In this document: piece by piece, positions 27,831 to 40,135 of the stretch
Position numbering within the stretch: the stretch's first letter is position 1
Layout of the letters: the number at the start of each line of letters is the position of its first letter
Notes under the pieces: generated by a model
The model's database searches: none
What the model was told of the DNA's origin: nothing
What the model saw: the letters and a program-made list of their open reading frames with translations, nothing else
NCBI GenBank assembly: GCA_965279525.1
Contig: CBDIIB010000003.1
Span: 576,945 to 640,944 of the forward strand
Length of the DNA stretch: 64,000 nucleotides
Direction of reading: 5' to 3'
Origin: Tagaea sp.
Lineage (GTDB): Bacteria; Pseudomonadota; Alphaproteobacteria; CACIAM-22H2
Translations under genes and position numbers: made by a program

Positions 27831-28098
27831 TCCGGGCGAGGGAGACAGCGACATGCCGATCAACGTTCTGATGCCCGCACTCTCGCCGACGATGACCGAA
27901 GGCAAGATCGCCCGCTGGCTGAAAGCCGAGGGCGACACGGTCAAGTCCGGCCAGGTGCTGTGCGAGATCGAGACCGACAAGGCGACGATGGAAGTCGAGG
28001 CGGTCGACGAGGGCATTCTTGCCAAGATCATCGTCCCCGGCGGATCCGAGGGCGTGAAGGTCAACGCCGTGATCGCGCTGATCGCGGGCGAAGGCGAG
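26469..28098 (+). repeat. Direct repeat of lipoyl-domain coding sequence (about 26469-26714 and 27853-28098)
   Basis: First 54 aa of PdhB and PdhC are identical; DNA differences there are a few synonymous changes. Confidence 0.9.
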
Positions 28099-29154
28099 GA
28101 CGCCAAAGCCGTCGCCGCCGGCGGCGGTGCCGCGGCTGCACCGGCACCTGAGGCACCCAAGGCGGCCGCACCTGCTGCTGCCGCACCTGCGGCCTCGGCC
28201 ACGGCTCCCGTCGCGGCGGCACCTGCCGGCGCATCTTCGGGCGCACGCGTCATCGCCTCGCCGCTTGCAAAGCGCATGGCCGAACAGGCCGGCCTCGATC
28301 TTGCGAAGATCGCGGGCTCCGGCCCGGGCGGTCGCATCGTCAAGCACGACGTCGAGAGCGCCGTTTCCGGCGGTGGGGCAAAGAAAGCTGCACCGGCCGC
28401 TTCGGCGGGCGCACCGGCACCGGTCGCCGTATCGTCGGCAGCCCTTGCCGCCATCGGGCCGCACAAGCTTGTCCCGCTGTCGACGATGCGCAAAGTGATC
28501 GCGCGCCGCCTGACCGAGAGCAAGCAGCAGGTCCCGCACTTCTACCTGACGGTCGATTGCGACATCGACAAGCTGCTCGCCGGCCGCGCCTCGCTCAACG
28601 CCCGCAGCCCCGAGAAGGGTCCGGGTGCCTTCAAGCTGTCGGTCAACGACTTCATCATCAAGGCGGTGGCCGTGGCGTTGCGCCAGGTGCCGAATGCCAA
28701 CGCCTCGTTCAGCGACGACGGCATGCTGCTGTGGGACAATGTCGACATCTCGGTCGCCGTCGCGATCCCCGGCGGACTCATCACGCCGATCATCCGCGAT
28801 GCCGACAAGAAGGGTCTCGTCGACATCTCGAAGGCGATGAAGGATCTCGCGACGCGCGCCAAGGACGGCAAGCTGAAGCCCGAGGAGTTCCAGGGTGGCA
28901 CGTTCTCGATCTCCAATCTCGGCATGTTCGGCATCAAGGATTTCGCCGCCGTGATCAACCCGCCACAGGGCTGCATCCTGGCGGTGGGTGCGGGCGAGCA
29001 GCGGGCGGTCGTCAAGAACGGCGCGCTCGCCGTCGCTACGGTCATGAGCGTGACGCTCTCGGTCGACCATCGCGTGGTCGACGGCAGCGTCGGCGCCGAG
29101 TTCCTCGCCGCGTTCAAGAAGATCGTCGAAGATCCGCTGACGATGCTGCTTTAG
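27853..29154 (+). CDS. pdhC: Pyruvate dehydrogenase E2 dihydrolipoamide acetyltransferase
   Basis: Lipoyl domain, ASPLAKR...GSGPGGRI binding domain, DHRVVDG active site. Confidence 0.97.
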   Translation: MPINVLMPALSPTMTEGKIARWLKAEGDTVKSGQVLCEIETDKATMEVEAVDEGILAKIIVPGGSEGVKVNAVIALIAGEGEDAKAVAAGGGAAAAPAPEAPKAAAPAAAAPAASATAPVAAAPAGASSGARVIASPLAKRMAEQAGLDLAKIAGSGPGGRIVKHDVESAVSGGGAKKAAPAASAGAPAPVAVSSAALAAIGPHKLVPLSTMRKVIARRLTESKQQVPHFYLTVDCDIDKLLAGRASLNARSPEKGPGAFKLSVNDFIIKAVAVALRQVPNANASFSDDGMLLWDNVDISVAVAIPGGLITPIIRDADKKGLVDISKAMKDLATRAKDGKLKPEEFQGGTFSISNLGMFGIKDFAAVINPPQGCILAVGAGEQRAVVKNGALAVATVMSVTLSVDHRVVDGSVGAEFLAAFKKIVEDPLTMLL

Positions 29155-29167
29155 GGAGGCCCGGAAA

Positions 29168-30583
29168 ATGGCCGAACAGAATTTCGACCTGATCGTCGTC
29201 GGCGGCGGGCCGGGCGGCTATGTCGCCGCGATCCGTGCGGCCCAGCTCAAGATGAACGTGGCGCTGGTCGAGCGCGAGCATCTGGGTGGCATCTGCCTCA
29301 ACTGGGGCTGCATCCCGACCAAGGCGCTCCTGCGCACGTCGGAGATCTACGGCATCCTTCAGCATCTTGATGCCTACGGCCTTGCGGCCGACAACGCGCG
29401 CTTCGACGTGAAGAAGGTCGTCGAACGCTCGCGGAAGGTCGCGGCCCAGCTTTCGGGCGGCATCAAGCACCTGCTGAAGAAGAACAAGGTCACCGTGTTC
29501 GACGGGCAGGGCGCGCTCGCAGGGACCGGTGCCGCCGGCGTGCGCAAGGTCGCCGTCACGAAGGACGGCAAGCCGGTCGCCGACCTGACGGCCAAGAACG
29601 TGATCCTCGCAACCGGTGCGCGCGCGCGCGTGGTGCCGGGCATGGAGCCGGATGGCAAGCTCGTGTGGACCTACAAGGAAGCGATGGTGCCGCCGGCGAT
29701 GCCCAAGTCGCTGCTGGTCGTCGGCTCGGGCGCCATCGGCATCGAGTTCGCGTCGTTCTACCGCACGATGGGTGCGGCCGTGACCGTCGTCGAGATGATG
29801 GATCGCGTGCTCCCCGTCGAGGACGAGGAAATCAGCGCCTTCGCGCGCAAGTCGTTCGAGAAGCAGGGGATGAAGATCCTCACCTCGGCGACCGTGAAGG
29901 GCCTCAAGAAGGCGGCCGACAGCGTGACCGTGACGGTCGAGAGTGCGGGCAAGACGCAGGAGATCGTCGTCGAGCGCGTGATCTCGGCGGTCGGCATCGT
30001 CGGCAATGTCGAGAAGATCGGACTTGAAGGCACCAAGGTGAAGGTCGACCGCACGCATGTCGTGATCGACGAATGGTGTGCGACCGGTGAACCGGGCGTC
30101 TACGCGATCGGCGATCTTGCCGGGCCGCCATGGCTTGCGCATAAGGCGAGCCACGAGGGCGTGATCTGCGTGGAGAAGATCGCCGGCATCAAGGGCCTGC
30201 ATCCGCTCGACGTGACGAACATCCCCGGCTGTACCTACTGCACGCCGCAGGTCGCGTCGGTGGGCTTCACCGAGAAGAAGGCCAAGGAGCTTGGCCATGA
30301 CGTGAAGGTCGGCCGCTTCCCGTTCATGGGCAACGGCAAGGCGATCGCGCTCGGCGAGCCCGAGGGGCTGGTCAAGACCGTTTTCGACGCCAAGACCGGT
30401 GAACTGCTGGGCGCCCACATGGTGGGGGCGGAAGTGACCGAGCTCATCCAGGGCTACGGCATCGCCAAGACGCTGGAAACGACCGAGGCCGAACTGATGC
30501 ACACGGTCTTCCCGCATCCCACGCTCAGCGAGATGATGCACGAGAGCGTCCTTGACGCGTACGGGCGCGCGATCCATTTCTAG
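29168..30583 (+). CDS. lpdA: Dihydrolipoyl dehydrogenase
   Basis: [32 protein letters not shown]. Confidence 0.97.
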   Translation: MAEQNFDLIVVGGGPGGYVAAIRAAQLKMNVALVEREHLGGICLNWGCIPTKALLRTSEIYGILQHLDAYGLAADNARFDVKKVVERSRKVAAQLSGGIKHLLKKNKVTVFDGQGALAGTGAAGVRKVAVTKDGKPVADLTAKNVILATGARARVVPGMEPDGKLVWTYKEAMVPPAMPKSLLVVGSGAIGIEFASFYRTMGAAVTVVEMMDRVLPVEDEEISAFARKSFEKQGMKILTSATVKGLKKAADSVTVTVESAGKTQEIVVERVISAVGIVGNVEKIGLEGTKVKVDRTHVVIDEWCATGEPGVYAIGDLAGPPWLAHKASHEGVICVEKIAGIKGLHPLDVTNIPGCTYCTPQVASVGFTEKKAKELGHDVKVGRFPFMGNGKAIALGEPEGLVKTVFDAKTGELLGAHMVGAEVTELIQGYGIAKTLETTEAELMHTVFPHPTLSEMMHESVLDAYGRAIHF

Positions 30584-30587
30584 GGGC

Positions 30588-31535
30588 ATGGAGACGGTCC
30601 CGAAGCTTCGCCACCCCGAGAAGGCCCACCGGCCCGACAATCCGGTGCAGGTGCGCAAGCCCGAGTGGATCCGGGTCAAGGCGCCGACGTCGCCCGAGTA
30701 CATGGAGACGAAGAAGATCGTCCGCGACCGCGGCCTCGTGACCGTGTGCGAGGAGGCGGCGTGCCCCAATATCGGCGAGTGCTGGAAGAAGAAGCACGCG
30801 ACGATGATGATCCTGGGCTCGGTGTGCACGCGCGCCTGCAGCTTCTGCAACGTGGCGACCGGCATGCCGGACAAACTCGATCCGCATGAGCCCGAGAAGG
30901 TCGCCGAGGCGGCCGAACTGATGGGCCTCCAGCACATCGTCATCACGTCGGTCGACCGCGACGATCTGCCCGACGGCGGGGCGATGCATTTCGCCCGCGT
31001 GATCCGCGCGATCCGCGCCCGCTGCCCCGGCACGACGATCGAGGTGCTGACGCCAGATTTCCTGCGCAAAGATGGTGCGCTCGAGATCGTCGTCGAAGCG
31101 CGGCCTGACGTGTTCAACCACAATCTCGAGACCGTCCCGCGCCTCTATCCGACGATCCGGCCGGGGGCGCGCTATTTCCACTCGCTGCGCCTGCTGCAGC
31201 GGGTCAAGGAACTGGATCCGACACTGTTCACCAAGTCCGGCCTGATGGTCGGACTGGGCGAGAACCGGCTCGAGATCATGCAGGTTATGGACGACATGCG
31301 CTCGGCCGACATCGACTTCCTGACGATCGGCCAGTACCTCCAGCCCACGCCCAAGCACGCCGCCGTCGACCGCTTCGTGACCCCGGACGAATTCAAGGAA
31401 TACGCTACTCTGGCGTCGTCCAAGGGGTTCCTGCTGGTGGCATCCAGCCCGCTGACGCGCTCCTCCTATCACGCCGACCGCGACTTCGCGGCCCTGCGTG
31501 CGGCACGCGAAGCCAAGGTCGCGGCCGCGCAATAA
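30588..31535 (+). CDS. lipA: Lipoyl synthase
   Basis: [26 protein letters not shown]; start METVPK. Confidence 0.97.
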   Translation: METVPKLRHPEKAHRPDNPVQVRKPEWIRVKAPTSPEYMETKKIVRDRGLVTVCEEAACPNIGECWKKKHATMMILGSVCTRACSFCNVATGMPDKLDPHEPEKVAEAAELMGLQHIVITSVDRDDLPDGGAMHFARVIRAIRARCPGTTIEVLTPDFLRKDGALEIVVEARPDVFNHNLETVPRLYPTIRPGARYFHSLRLLQRVKELDPTLFTKSGLMVGLGENRLEIMQVMDDMRSADIDFLTIGQYLQPTPKHAAVDRFVTPDEFKEYATLASSKGFLLVASSPLTRSSYHADRDFAALRAAREAKVAAAQ

Positions 31536-31578
31536 CGCGTTGCCACCTGCACCGGTTTCGCGCTATCCGCGATAGGCA

Positions 31579-32034
31579 ATGCCGACCCACGCCGAAAAGC
31601 GCGCCATGCCTTACAGCCCCGAGCAGCTCTTCAAGCTCGTGGCTGAGGTCGACCGCTATCCCGAATTCCTGCCCTGGTGCATCGCCGCGCGCCTCAAAAG
31701 CCGCGAGGGGGATCTCGCGGTGTGGGACCTCGTCATCGGCTTCCGGATGATCCGCGAACGTTTCACCAGTCGCGTGACGATGACCCCGGCATCCGAAGGG
31801 AAGGGCGCGCGCATCGACGTGTCGTACGCCGACGGGCCGTTCCGCTATCTCAACAATCACTGGATCTTCGACCGCCAGCCCGACGGCACGACGGTGATCG
31901 ATTTCTTCGTCGATTTCGAGTTCCGCTCGAAGCTGCTGCAGTCGATCATGGGCGTGCTGTTCAACGAAGCGGTCAAGCGCATGGTCGCCGCGTTCGAGGG
32001 GCGTGCCAAGCAGCTCTACGGGAGCCAGGCATGA
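31579..32034 (+). CDS. ratA: RatA / Coq10 START-domain protein
   Basis: VDRYPEFLPWC, ERFTSRV, GPFRYLNNHW, FEFRS; follows lipA. Confidence 0.88.
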   Translation: MPTHAEKRAMPYSPEQLFKLVAEVDRYPEFLPWCIAARLKSREGDLAVWDLVIGFRMIRERFTSRVTMTPASEGKGARIDVSYADGPFRYLNNHWIFDRQPDGTTVIDFFVDFEFRSKLLQSIMGVLFNEAVKRMVAAFEGRAKQLYGSQA

Positions 32035-32900
32035 GCGACGCGGTCGAACTGGTGCTGACGACCACTCCGCACGATATCGGCGCGTTCGTGGTCAAGCGCG
32101 CCCTGCCCAAGCGCGAGCGCCGGCATCTGGGGCCGTTCGTGTTCTTCGATCACATGGGCCCGGCCGTGCTTGCGCCGGGCGCGGGCATGGACGTGCGCCC
32201 GCATCCGCATATCGGCCTGTCGACCGTCACGTACCTGTTCGAGGGCGAGATCCTGCATCGGGATTCGCTTGGCTTCGTGCAGCCGATCCGGCCGGGGGCG
32301 GTCAACTGGATGACCGCCGGGCGCGGCATCGTGCATTCGGAGCGCACGGCACCCGAACTGCGCGCCGGCGGCCTGCGCATGCACGGCATCCAGACCTGGG
32401 TGGCGCTGCCGCCCGACGCCGAGGAGATGGAGCCGGGCTTCGAGCACCATCCGGCCGACACGCTTCCGCGCGGCACGATCGACGGCGTGGATCTCGTCTG
32501 TATCCTCGGCGAGGCCTACGGCCTGAATGCACCGGTCAAGGTCCACTCGCCGATCTTCTACCTGCATGCCGAATTCCCGGCCGGCGCATCGCTTGCGATG
32601 ACCGACGAGCATGTCGAGCGGGGCTTCTATGTCGTGAGCGGCGGGATCGAAATCGACGGCACCGTGTACGGGCCGGGCAATCTCGTCGTGCTGCGCGAGG
32701 GCGCCAACGTGTCGCTGCGCGCGATGGAAACCTCGACCGTCATGTTGCTGGGCGGCGCCAAGCTTCCCGGCCAGCGGACGATCTGGTGGAATTTCGTGTC
32801 GAGCGACAAGGCGCGTCTCGAACGCGCGAAAGCCGACTGGAAGGCCGGAAAATTCCCGAAGGTGCCGGGCGAGAGCGAGTTCATCCCGCTGCCGGACTAG
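32031..32900 (+). CDS. Pirin family protein (long form)
   Basis: GPFVFFDHMGP, HPHIG, WMTAGRGIVHSE, WWNFVSS; ATGA overlap with ratA. Confidence 0.92.
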   Translation: MSDAVELVLTTTPHDIGAFVVKRALPKRERRHLGPFVFFDHMGPAVLAPGAGMDVRPHPHIGLSTVTYLFEGEILHRDSLGFVQPIRPGAVNWMTAGRGIVHSERTAPELRAGGLRMHGIQTWVALPPDAEEMEPGFEHHPADTLPRGTIDGVDLVCILGEAYGLNAPVKVHSPIFYLHAEFPAGASLAMTDEHVERGFYVVSGGIEIDGTVYGPGNLVVLREGANVSLRAMETSTVMLLGGAKLPGQRTIWWNFVSSDKARLERAKADWKAGKFPKVPGESEFIPLPD

Positions 32901-33391
32901 GGTTTCGTCGCACCCTCGAAAAGCAGCGTCAACGCGAACTCGACCGCCTGCCGGCGGACCGAGGCGCGGTCGCCGCCGAAGATGCGGTGCGAAGTCTGCG
33001 TGGCGCGGCTGGTGCGCGCGAGGCCGAAATGGACGAGCCCGACGGGCTTTTCCACCGAGCCCCCGCCGGGGCCGGCAACGCCAGTGATCGAGACGGCCAT
33101 CTGCGCGTGGCTGCGCTGCAAGGCGCCTTCCGCCATCGCGCGCGCAACCGGTTCGCTGACGGCGCCGAACGCGAGGATCAGCCCCGGCGACACGGCGAGC
33201 AGTTCCTGTTTTGCCTCGTTCGAATAGGTGACGAAGCCGCGCTCGACCACGTCCGACGAGCCGGGAATCTCGGTCAGAGCGGCGGCGACGAGCCCGCCCG
33301 TGCAGGATTCCGCCGTCGCGACCTTGATCTTCGCGCGCCGGCACGCCGTCAGTACGTCGAACGCGGCACCGATTTCGGCACTATTGGGCAA
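32897..33391 (-). CDS. cinA: CinA C-terminal domain / NMN deamidase PncC
   Basis: ATAESCTGG, VTYSNEAK, GAVSE, ITGVAGPGG, KPVG; TTG start inferred. Confidence 0.9.
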   Translation of the reverse strand: MPNSAEIGAAFDVLTACRRAKIKVATAESCTGGLVAAALTEIPGSSDVVERGFVTYSNEAKQELLAVSPGLILAFGAVSEPVARAMAEGALQRSHAQMAVSITGVAGPGGGSVEKPVGLVHFGLARTSRATQTSHRIFGGDRASVRRQAVEFALTLLFEGATKP

Positions 33392-33902
33392 ATGCAATCT
33401 CCATCGGTCCGTATGTCGCGAATAGCCACACCGCCAGCGCCGACCAGAGTGCGGCGAGCAGGTCGTCGAGCATGACGCCAAGCCCCCCGGCGACCTTCCG
33501 GTCGGCCCAGCCGGCCGGAAACGGCTTCAGGATATCCGCGATCCGGAAGAAGACGAAGGCGGCCATCCAGCCCAGCGGCGTGAACGGGGCGGCAAGCAGC
33601 GTGAGCCACATGCCGGCGACTTCGTCGACCACGATGAAGCCCGCGTCTTTTACGCCGGTGCGCTTCGACACGGCGTCGGCAGCCCACACGCCGAGAGCCG
33701 AAACACCCAGCGTGGCGAAGGCGAGGAGTTGCCAGCCGCCAAGCGTCCAGATCGCCCAGGCGAACGGGAGGGCCGCGAGCGTGCCCCATGTGCCCGACGC
33801 GAACGGCACGAGCCCGCTGCCGAACCACGTCGCGATTAGCGTGGCGGGATCCTTCAGCGTCAGGCCGGGCGGCAGGCGGCCATAGGTGAACTGGAGCTTC
33901 AT
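33381..33902 (-). CDS. pgpA: Phosphatidylglycerophosphatase A
   Basis: [35 protein letters not shown]; ATGA overlap with ispDF. Confidence 0.92.
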   Translation of the reverse strand: MKLQFTYGRLPPGLTLKDPATLIATWFGSGLVPFASGTWGTLAALPFAWAIWTLGGWQLLAFATLGVSALGVWAADAVSKRTGVKDAGFIVVDEVAGMWLTLLAAPFTPLGWMAAFVFFRIADILKPFPAGWADRKVAGGLGVMLDDLLAALWSALAVWLFATYGPMEIAFAQ

Positions 33903-35089
33903 GCGACGGGCAGGGCGACCGTCGCGGCCGCCTGTGCGGCGATCCCTTCGCCCCGGCCTGTAAAGCCGAGACCCTCGGTCGTCGTGGCTTTCACCGACAC
34001 GCGCGAAACGTCGATGCCGAGGATATCGGCCAGCCGGGCGCGCATCGCGGGCCGATGCGGGCCGACCTTCGGCCGTTCGCAGATGATGGTCACGTCGGCA
34101 TGGCGGATTGCACCGCCGCGTGCGGCGACAAGATCGGCCGCGTGGCGCAGGAACCTGTCGGACGTGGCGCCCTTCCAGCGCATGTCGGCGGGCGGAAAAT
34201 GCGCGCCGATGTCGCCTTCGCCGATGGCGCCGAGGATCGCGTCGACGAGCGCATGGATCGCCACGTCGGCGTCGGAATGGCCGACGAGCGCGCCGTCGTG
34301 GGGAACCTTGATGCCGCACAGCCAGACGCCGTCGCCCGGTCCGAGGCGATGCACGTCGTAGCCCGTGCCGACGCGGATATCCGCACGATCGAGAAAGGCC
34401 TCGCGCTCGGCGCGCGCGAGATCGTCCTCGGTCGTGACCTTGAAATTGCGCTCGCTTGCCGCAATGAGCCGCACCGATCCGCCGGCGGCGCGCAGCACGG
34501 CGGCATCGTCGGTGAGCCGCGCACCCGCGGCACGGCGGTGCGCTTCGAGGATGTCGCGATAGCGGAAGGCCTGCGGGGTCTGCGCGCGCCACAGATGCTC
34601 GCGCGGCACGATGGTGCCGGCATTGCCGTCCTGTGCGCGCCACAGCGTGTCGGCGACGGGAACAGCCGCGATGGCGCCCGGACCGTCATCCAGCGCCACG
34701 ATCAGCCGGTCGATCAGGCCCGCATCGACGAAGGGCCGCGCGCCGTCGTGGATCAGCACGTTGGCGGGGGCGAGACCGGCAAGGCTCTCGAGACCGGCGC
34801 GCACCGAATCCTGGCGTTCGGTACCGCCGGCGACCGGATCGAGCAGGCCAAGCCCGTCGGCGGCGGCGGCATAGAACTCCGCGTCGGCCGGATTGCACAC
34901 CACGCGCACCGCATCGATGCGCGCATGGCGAGAAAGTGTCGTGAGCGAGCGGCGCAGCAGCGGGGCGCCGGCCAGGGCGCGGTACTGCTTGGGTATGGGG
35001 CCGCCGAGGCGCGTGCCGCGCCCGGCGGCGACGACGAGGGCGATGCAGGCGGGGGTGGCGGCGTGTGTCGGGATGGCGGTGTTGGCCAT
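33899..35089 (-). CDS. ispDF: Bifunctional IspD/IspF
   Basis: AAGRGTR, PKQY, IHDGARP, QTPQ; then GYDVH, HSDAD, GDIG, KATTTE. Confidence 0.95.
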   Translation of the reverse strand: MANTAIPTHAATPACIALVVAAGRGTRLGGPIPKQYRALAGAPLLRRSLTTLSRHARIDAVRVVCNPADAEFYAAAADGLGLLDPVAGGTERQDSVRAGLESLAGLAPANVLIHDGARPFVDAGLIDRLIVALDDGPGAIAAVPVADTLWRAQDGNAGTIVPREHLWRAQTPQAFRYRDILEAHRRAAGARLTDDAAVLRAAGGSVRLIAASERNFKVTTEDDLARAEREAFLDRADIRVGTGYDVHRLGPGDGVWLCGIKVPHDGALVGHSDADVAIHALVDAILGAIGEGDIGAHFPPADMRWKGATSDRFLRHAADLVAARGGAIRHADVTIICERPKVGPHRPAMRARLADILGIDVSRVSVKATTTEGLGFTGRGEGIAAQAAATVALPVA

Positions 35090-35162
35090 TGTGCGTTTGC
35101 GCGAAGTCCGTATGCTGCGGGTCCGCGCAATCTAGCAGCCCAATCCGCAAGAGGCACGTGCC

Positions 35163-35453
35163 ATGCCCGCCTACGTCATTGCCGACATTGCCGTCTCCGA
35201 TCCGGCGAAATACGAGGGATACAAGGCCCTTTCGCCGGGTGCCGTCGAAAAGCACGGCGGCCGCTTCATCGCCCGCGGCGGCCAGTCCGGCACGCTGGAA
35301 GGCGACTGGAAGCCGGGCCGGCTGGTCATCATCGAGTTCCCGTCGTTCGACAAGGCGCAGGCGTTCTATACGTCGGTCGAGTACACCGCCGCCCGGCGCG
35401 CGCGGGCAGGGGCGACGTCGCGCTTCAACATGGTGGTGGTCGAAGGCCTCTGA
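35163..35453 (+). CDS. DUF1330 family protein
   Basis: MPAYVI, HGGRFIARGG, LEG, IIEFPS. Confidence 0.85.
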   Translation: MPAYVIADIAVSDPAKYEGYKALSPGAVEKHGGRFIARGGQSGTLEGDWKPGRLVIIEFPSFDKAQAFYTSVEYTAARRARAGATSRFNMVVVEGL

Positions 35454-35476
35454 GGCGGCTTAGACTCAGCACCGCA

Positions 35477-36271
35477 ATGTCGAGTTTCATCCTCTCCCTT
35501 TCCGCCCTTGCTTCGCTCGTTCCAGCGGGCTGCGTGCGCGTGGACGAGCGCGGTCCGCAGCCGGCGTTCTGGATCATGCTGGCCGTCGGCATCGCCGGAC
35601 CGGCGGTCTGGATCGCCGACAATATCGGCGACGGCTGGCGCACCGGACTTGCTTCGGCACTCTGGCTCGCGATCCTGGCGAGCATGCTCGCCTATGCGGG
35701 GCTGGTGGTGATCGAGCGCGCCGCCGTCCGGCTGGCACCGCTCCTCGTGGGATATCTCCTTTGGCTCGGATTTCTCGCGACGATCTGGGAGCATGCGCCC
35801 GAGCGGCCGTTGATCGGCTCGGCGCCCGAAGCCTGGCTCGTCGCGCATATTCTCGTCGCGGTGCTTGCCTACGGGATCCTGACGCTGGCGGCCGTCGCCG
35901 GTCTGGGCGTGTATCTGCAGGAACGCGCGTTGCGCAACAAGCGGCCGACCGAGTTCACGCGGCGCCTGCCGTCGGTCGCCGAGGGCGAAGCGCTGCTCGC
36001 GAAACTTCTGCTGGCCAGCGGCACGGTCCTCGGCTTCGCGCTCGTGTCGGGCAGCACGCTGTCTTGGTTCGGCCAGCATCGTCTGCTCGTGATCGACCAC
36101 AAGTCGGTGCTGTCGCTCGCGACGTTTGTAGCGATCGGCGTCCTGCTGATCGTCCACAACCGCGGCGGTCTTTCCGGCCGGCGGGCGGCGCGGTATGTCC
36201 TGTTCGCCTATTTGCTCCTCACCCTGGCCTATCCAGGCGTGAAGTTCGTGACCGATGTCGCGATGGGCTGA
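35477..36271 (+). CDS. Cytochrome c assembly family membrane protein (CcsA/YpjD-like)
   Basis: About 8 TM; WLVAHI, QER.L, LPS, DHKSVLS, LAYPGVKFV. Confidence 0.8.
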   Translation: MSSFILSLSALASLVPAGCVRVDERGPQPAFWIMLAVGIAGPAVWIADNIGDGWRTGLASALWLAILASMLAYAGLVVIERAAVRLAPLLVGYLLWLGFLATIWEHAPERPLIGSAPEAWLVAHILVAVLAYGILTLAAVAGLGVYLQERALRNKRPTEFTRRLPSVAEGEALLAKLLLASGTVLGFALVSGSTLSWFGQHRLLVIDHKSVLSLATFVAIGVLLIVHNRGGLSGRRAARYVLFAYLLLTLAYPGVKFVTDVAMG

Positions 36272-36280
36272 GAGCCCTGT

Positions 36281-36347
36281 TGCGTCGCAGCACGTTCTTT
36301 GTTTAGTGTCGTAAATTCCAGTAACGACACTCTTTTGCGCCGCAGCG
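36281..36347. promoter_or_regulatory. Two PhaR-like boxes flanking an 8-bp inverted repeat
   Basis: TGCGTCGCAGCA (36281-36292) and TGCGCCGCAGCG (36336-36347); AGTGTCGT-N11-ACGACACT (36305-36331). Confidence 0.4.
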
Positions 36348-36368
36348 AATCGAAGCTGTCAAAGGCAC

Positions 36369-36443
36369 TTGCCAGCTCGCCGGGTCTGCGGTAAAAACGC
36401 TCAAAGTATAGACACGCGGACCGAGCAGCCTAATTTATGAGCA
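36369..36443 (+). promoter_or_regulatory. dusB-ntrBC promoter with tandem NtrC-like sites
   Basis: TTGCCA-N17-TAAAAA; 17-bp sites CGCTCAAAGTATAGACA (36398-36414) and AGCCTAATTTATGAGCA (36427-36443, covering the ATG). Confidence 0.55.
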
Positions 36444-37468
36444 TCAAAATCGGCCCTATCGAGCTGTCGGCACCTGTCGTGCTTGCACCGCTCAGCGGTA
36501 TTTCCGACTTGCCCTTCCGTCGGCTGGTCAAGCGCCACGGGGCTGGCCTTGTCGTTTCCGAGATGATCGCCAGCCAGGCGATGATCCGCGAGAACCGCCA
36601 GTCCCTGCTGATGACGCGTTCGGTTCCCGAGGAATTCCCGATGGCCGTCCAGCTCGCCGGCTGCGAGCCCGAAGTGATGGCCGAGGCCGCGCGCCTCAAC
36701 GAGGATCGCGGGGCTGCGATCATCGACATCAATTTCGGCTGCCCGGTGAAAAAGGTCGTCAACGGGCATGCCGGCTCGGCGCTGATGCGCGACGAGATCA
36801 AGGCCGCGCGCATCCTCGAGGCAACGGTGAAGGCGGTCAAGGTTCCGGTCACGCTCAAGATGCGGCTGGGCTGGGACGCCAACACGAAGAATGCCCCGCA
36901 GCTCGCGCGCATCGCGCAGGAATGCGGCATCAAGTCGCTCGCCATCCATGGCCGCACGCGCCAGCAGTTCTACGAAGGCAAGGCCGACTGGGCCTGGATC
37001 CGCAACGTCAAGGAAGCGGTGTCGATCCCGGTCTTCGCGAACGGCGACATCGTGCGCTACGACGACGCGCGCGACGCCCTCGACCAGTCCGGTGCCGACG
37101 GCGTGATGATCGGGCGCGGGGCCTGCGGGCGTCCGTGGTTCCCGGCCAACGCGATCCATTTCCTCGCGACAGGCGAACGTCGCGCCGACCCGCCGCTCGA
37201 GACCCAGATGCAGATCGTCCTCGAACACTACGAGGACATGCTCGTCCATTACGGCGTGGAGACCGGCCTTCGCATGGCGCGCAAGCACATGGGCTGGTAC
37301 GCCAAGGGTTTTCCGGGGGCAGCCGAGTTCCGTTCGAACGTCATGACTCTGCCTGATCCTGAAAAAGTGAAGGAACTCGTGCGCGCCACGTGGGGCCGCG
37401 CGATCGCCGCCGGATGCACGCCTGCCAACGACGGCGGTGCCGTTGCCGGCCTGAAGGAGGCCGCGTAA
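36437..37468 (+). CDS. dusB: tRNA-dihydrouridine synthase B (NifR3)
   Basis: [37 protein letters not shown]. Confidence 0.95.
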   Translation: MSIKIGPIELSAPVVLAPLSGISDLPFRRLVKRHGAGLVVSEMIASQAMIRENRQSLLMTRSVPEEFPMAVQLAGCEPEVMAEAARLNEDRGAAIIDINFGCPVKKVVNGHAGSALMRDEIKAARILEATVKAVKVPVTLKMRLGWDANTKNAPQLARIAQECGIKSLAIHGRTRQQFYEGKADWAWIRNVKEAVSIPVFANGDIVRYDDARDALDQSGADGVMIGRGACGRPWFPANAIHFLATGERRADPPLETQMQIVLEHYEDMLVHYGVETGLRMARKHMGWYAKGFPGAAEFRSNVMTLPDPEKVKELVRATWGRAIAAGCTPANDGGAVAGLKEAA

Positions 37469-38625
37469 TGGCGCGCGCCCTGTCCAAGGCCGATCGCGGC
37501 GGCGTCGTCACGCCGCTGCGCATCGGGTTGCCCGATCTTGGCGCGATCCTGTCGGCGATCCCCGATGCCGTGATCGTGCTCGATGCCGATGCCGTGCTGC
37601 GCTACGTCAATCCTGCGGCCGAGAATTTCTTCGAGCTGGGGGCGAGCATGATGCTCGGCCGGCGTCTCGCGGAGTTCCTGCCGGCGGACAATCTGGTCTT
37701 CGGCACGATCCAGCAGGCACGCCAGTACGGCGCCAGCGTGTCGGAAGAGGAAATCACGATCGATGCGCCGCGCATCGGCAGCCATCTCGTTTCGGTGCGC
37801 GCCGCCGCAATGCTGGAAGGCGAGGTCGACGGCCTCGTCGTCCTGACGATCCAGCAGCGCTCGATCGCGCGCAAGATCGGCCGCCAGCTGGTCCACCGCA
37901 AGGCCGCGCGCTCGGTGAGCGCCATGGCGGCCATGCTGGCACACGAGGTCAAGAACCCGTTGTCGGGCATCCGGGGTGCCGCCCAGCTCCTCGAACAGAC
38001 GGCCCAGCCGCAGGACCGCGAACTCACGCGCCTGATCTGCGACGAGTCCGACCGCATCCGCGCACTCGTCGACCGGATGGAGATCTTCAACGACGGCATG
38101 CCCGTCGAGATGGGCCCGGTGAACATCCACCGTGTCCTCGGCCACGTGCGCATGCTGGCGCAGAGCGGCTTCGGCCGGCACGTCCGCTTCTCCGAGAACT
38201 ACGATCCTTCGCTGCCGTCGGTGCTCGGCGATCACGACCAGCTCATCCAGATATTCCTGAATCTCGTGAAGAACGCCGTCGAAGCCTGCCCGCGCACCGG
38301 TGGCGAGGTCGTGCTGTCGACCGGCTTCCAGCAGGGCGTGCGGTTCGCGGTCCCCGGTACGGGCCAGCGCGTCTCGCTGCCGCTCGTCGTCTCGGTCCAG
38401 GACAACGGCGAAGGCATACCGGAAGACGTGCGGCCGCATTTGTTCGAACCCTTCATCACGACGAAGAAGAAGGGGACTGGCCTAGGACTTGCTTTGGTTG
38501 CCAAAATCGTTGGCGATCACGGCGGCGTCATCGAGTTCGACAGCCAGCCGCGCCGGACGATTTTCCGCGTGCGGCTACCGGTCACTAGCGGCGAGCAAGG
38601 GCTCGACGCCGGAACCGAGGGATAG
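37468..38625 (+). CDS. ntrB: Nitrogen regulation sensor kinase NtrB
   Basis: PAS; LAHEVKNPLSGIRGAAQLL; YDPSLP; GTGLGL; TAATG overlap with dusB. Confidence 0.95.
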   Translation: MARALSKADRGGVVTPLRIGLPDLGAILSAIPDAVIVLDADAVLRYVNPAAENFFELGASMMLGRRLAEFLPADNLVFGTIQQARQYGASVSEEEITIDAPRIGSHLVSVRAAAMLEGEVDGLVVLTIQQRSIARKIGRQLVHRKAARSVSAMAAMLAHEVKNPLSGIRGAAQLLEQTAQPQDRELTRLICDESDRIRALVDRMEIFNDGMPVEMGPVNIHRVLGHVRMLAQSGFGRHVRFSENYDPSLPSVLGDHDQLIQIFLNLVKNAVEACPRTGGEVVLSTGFQQGVRFAVPGTGQRVSLPLVVSVQDNGEGIPEDVRPHLFEPFITTKKKGTGLGLALVAKIVGDHGGVIEFDSQPRRTIFRVRLPVTSGEQGLDAGTEG

Positions 38626-38634
38626 AAGGTCCAA

Positions 38635-40080
<1,446 letters not shown>

Positions 40081-40135
40081 TGCCCGGTTGCGCGGAAGCG
40101 GAACTTCCGCCTCCACAGCGCCGGCGCATTATCGG

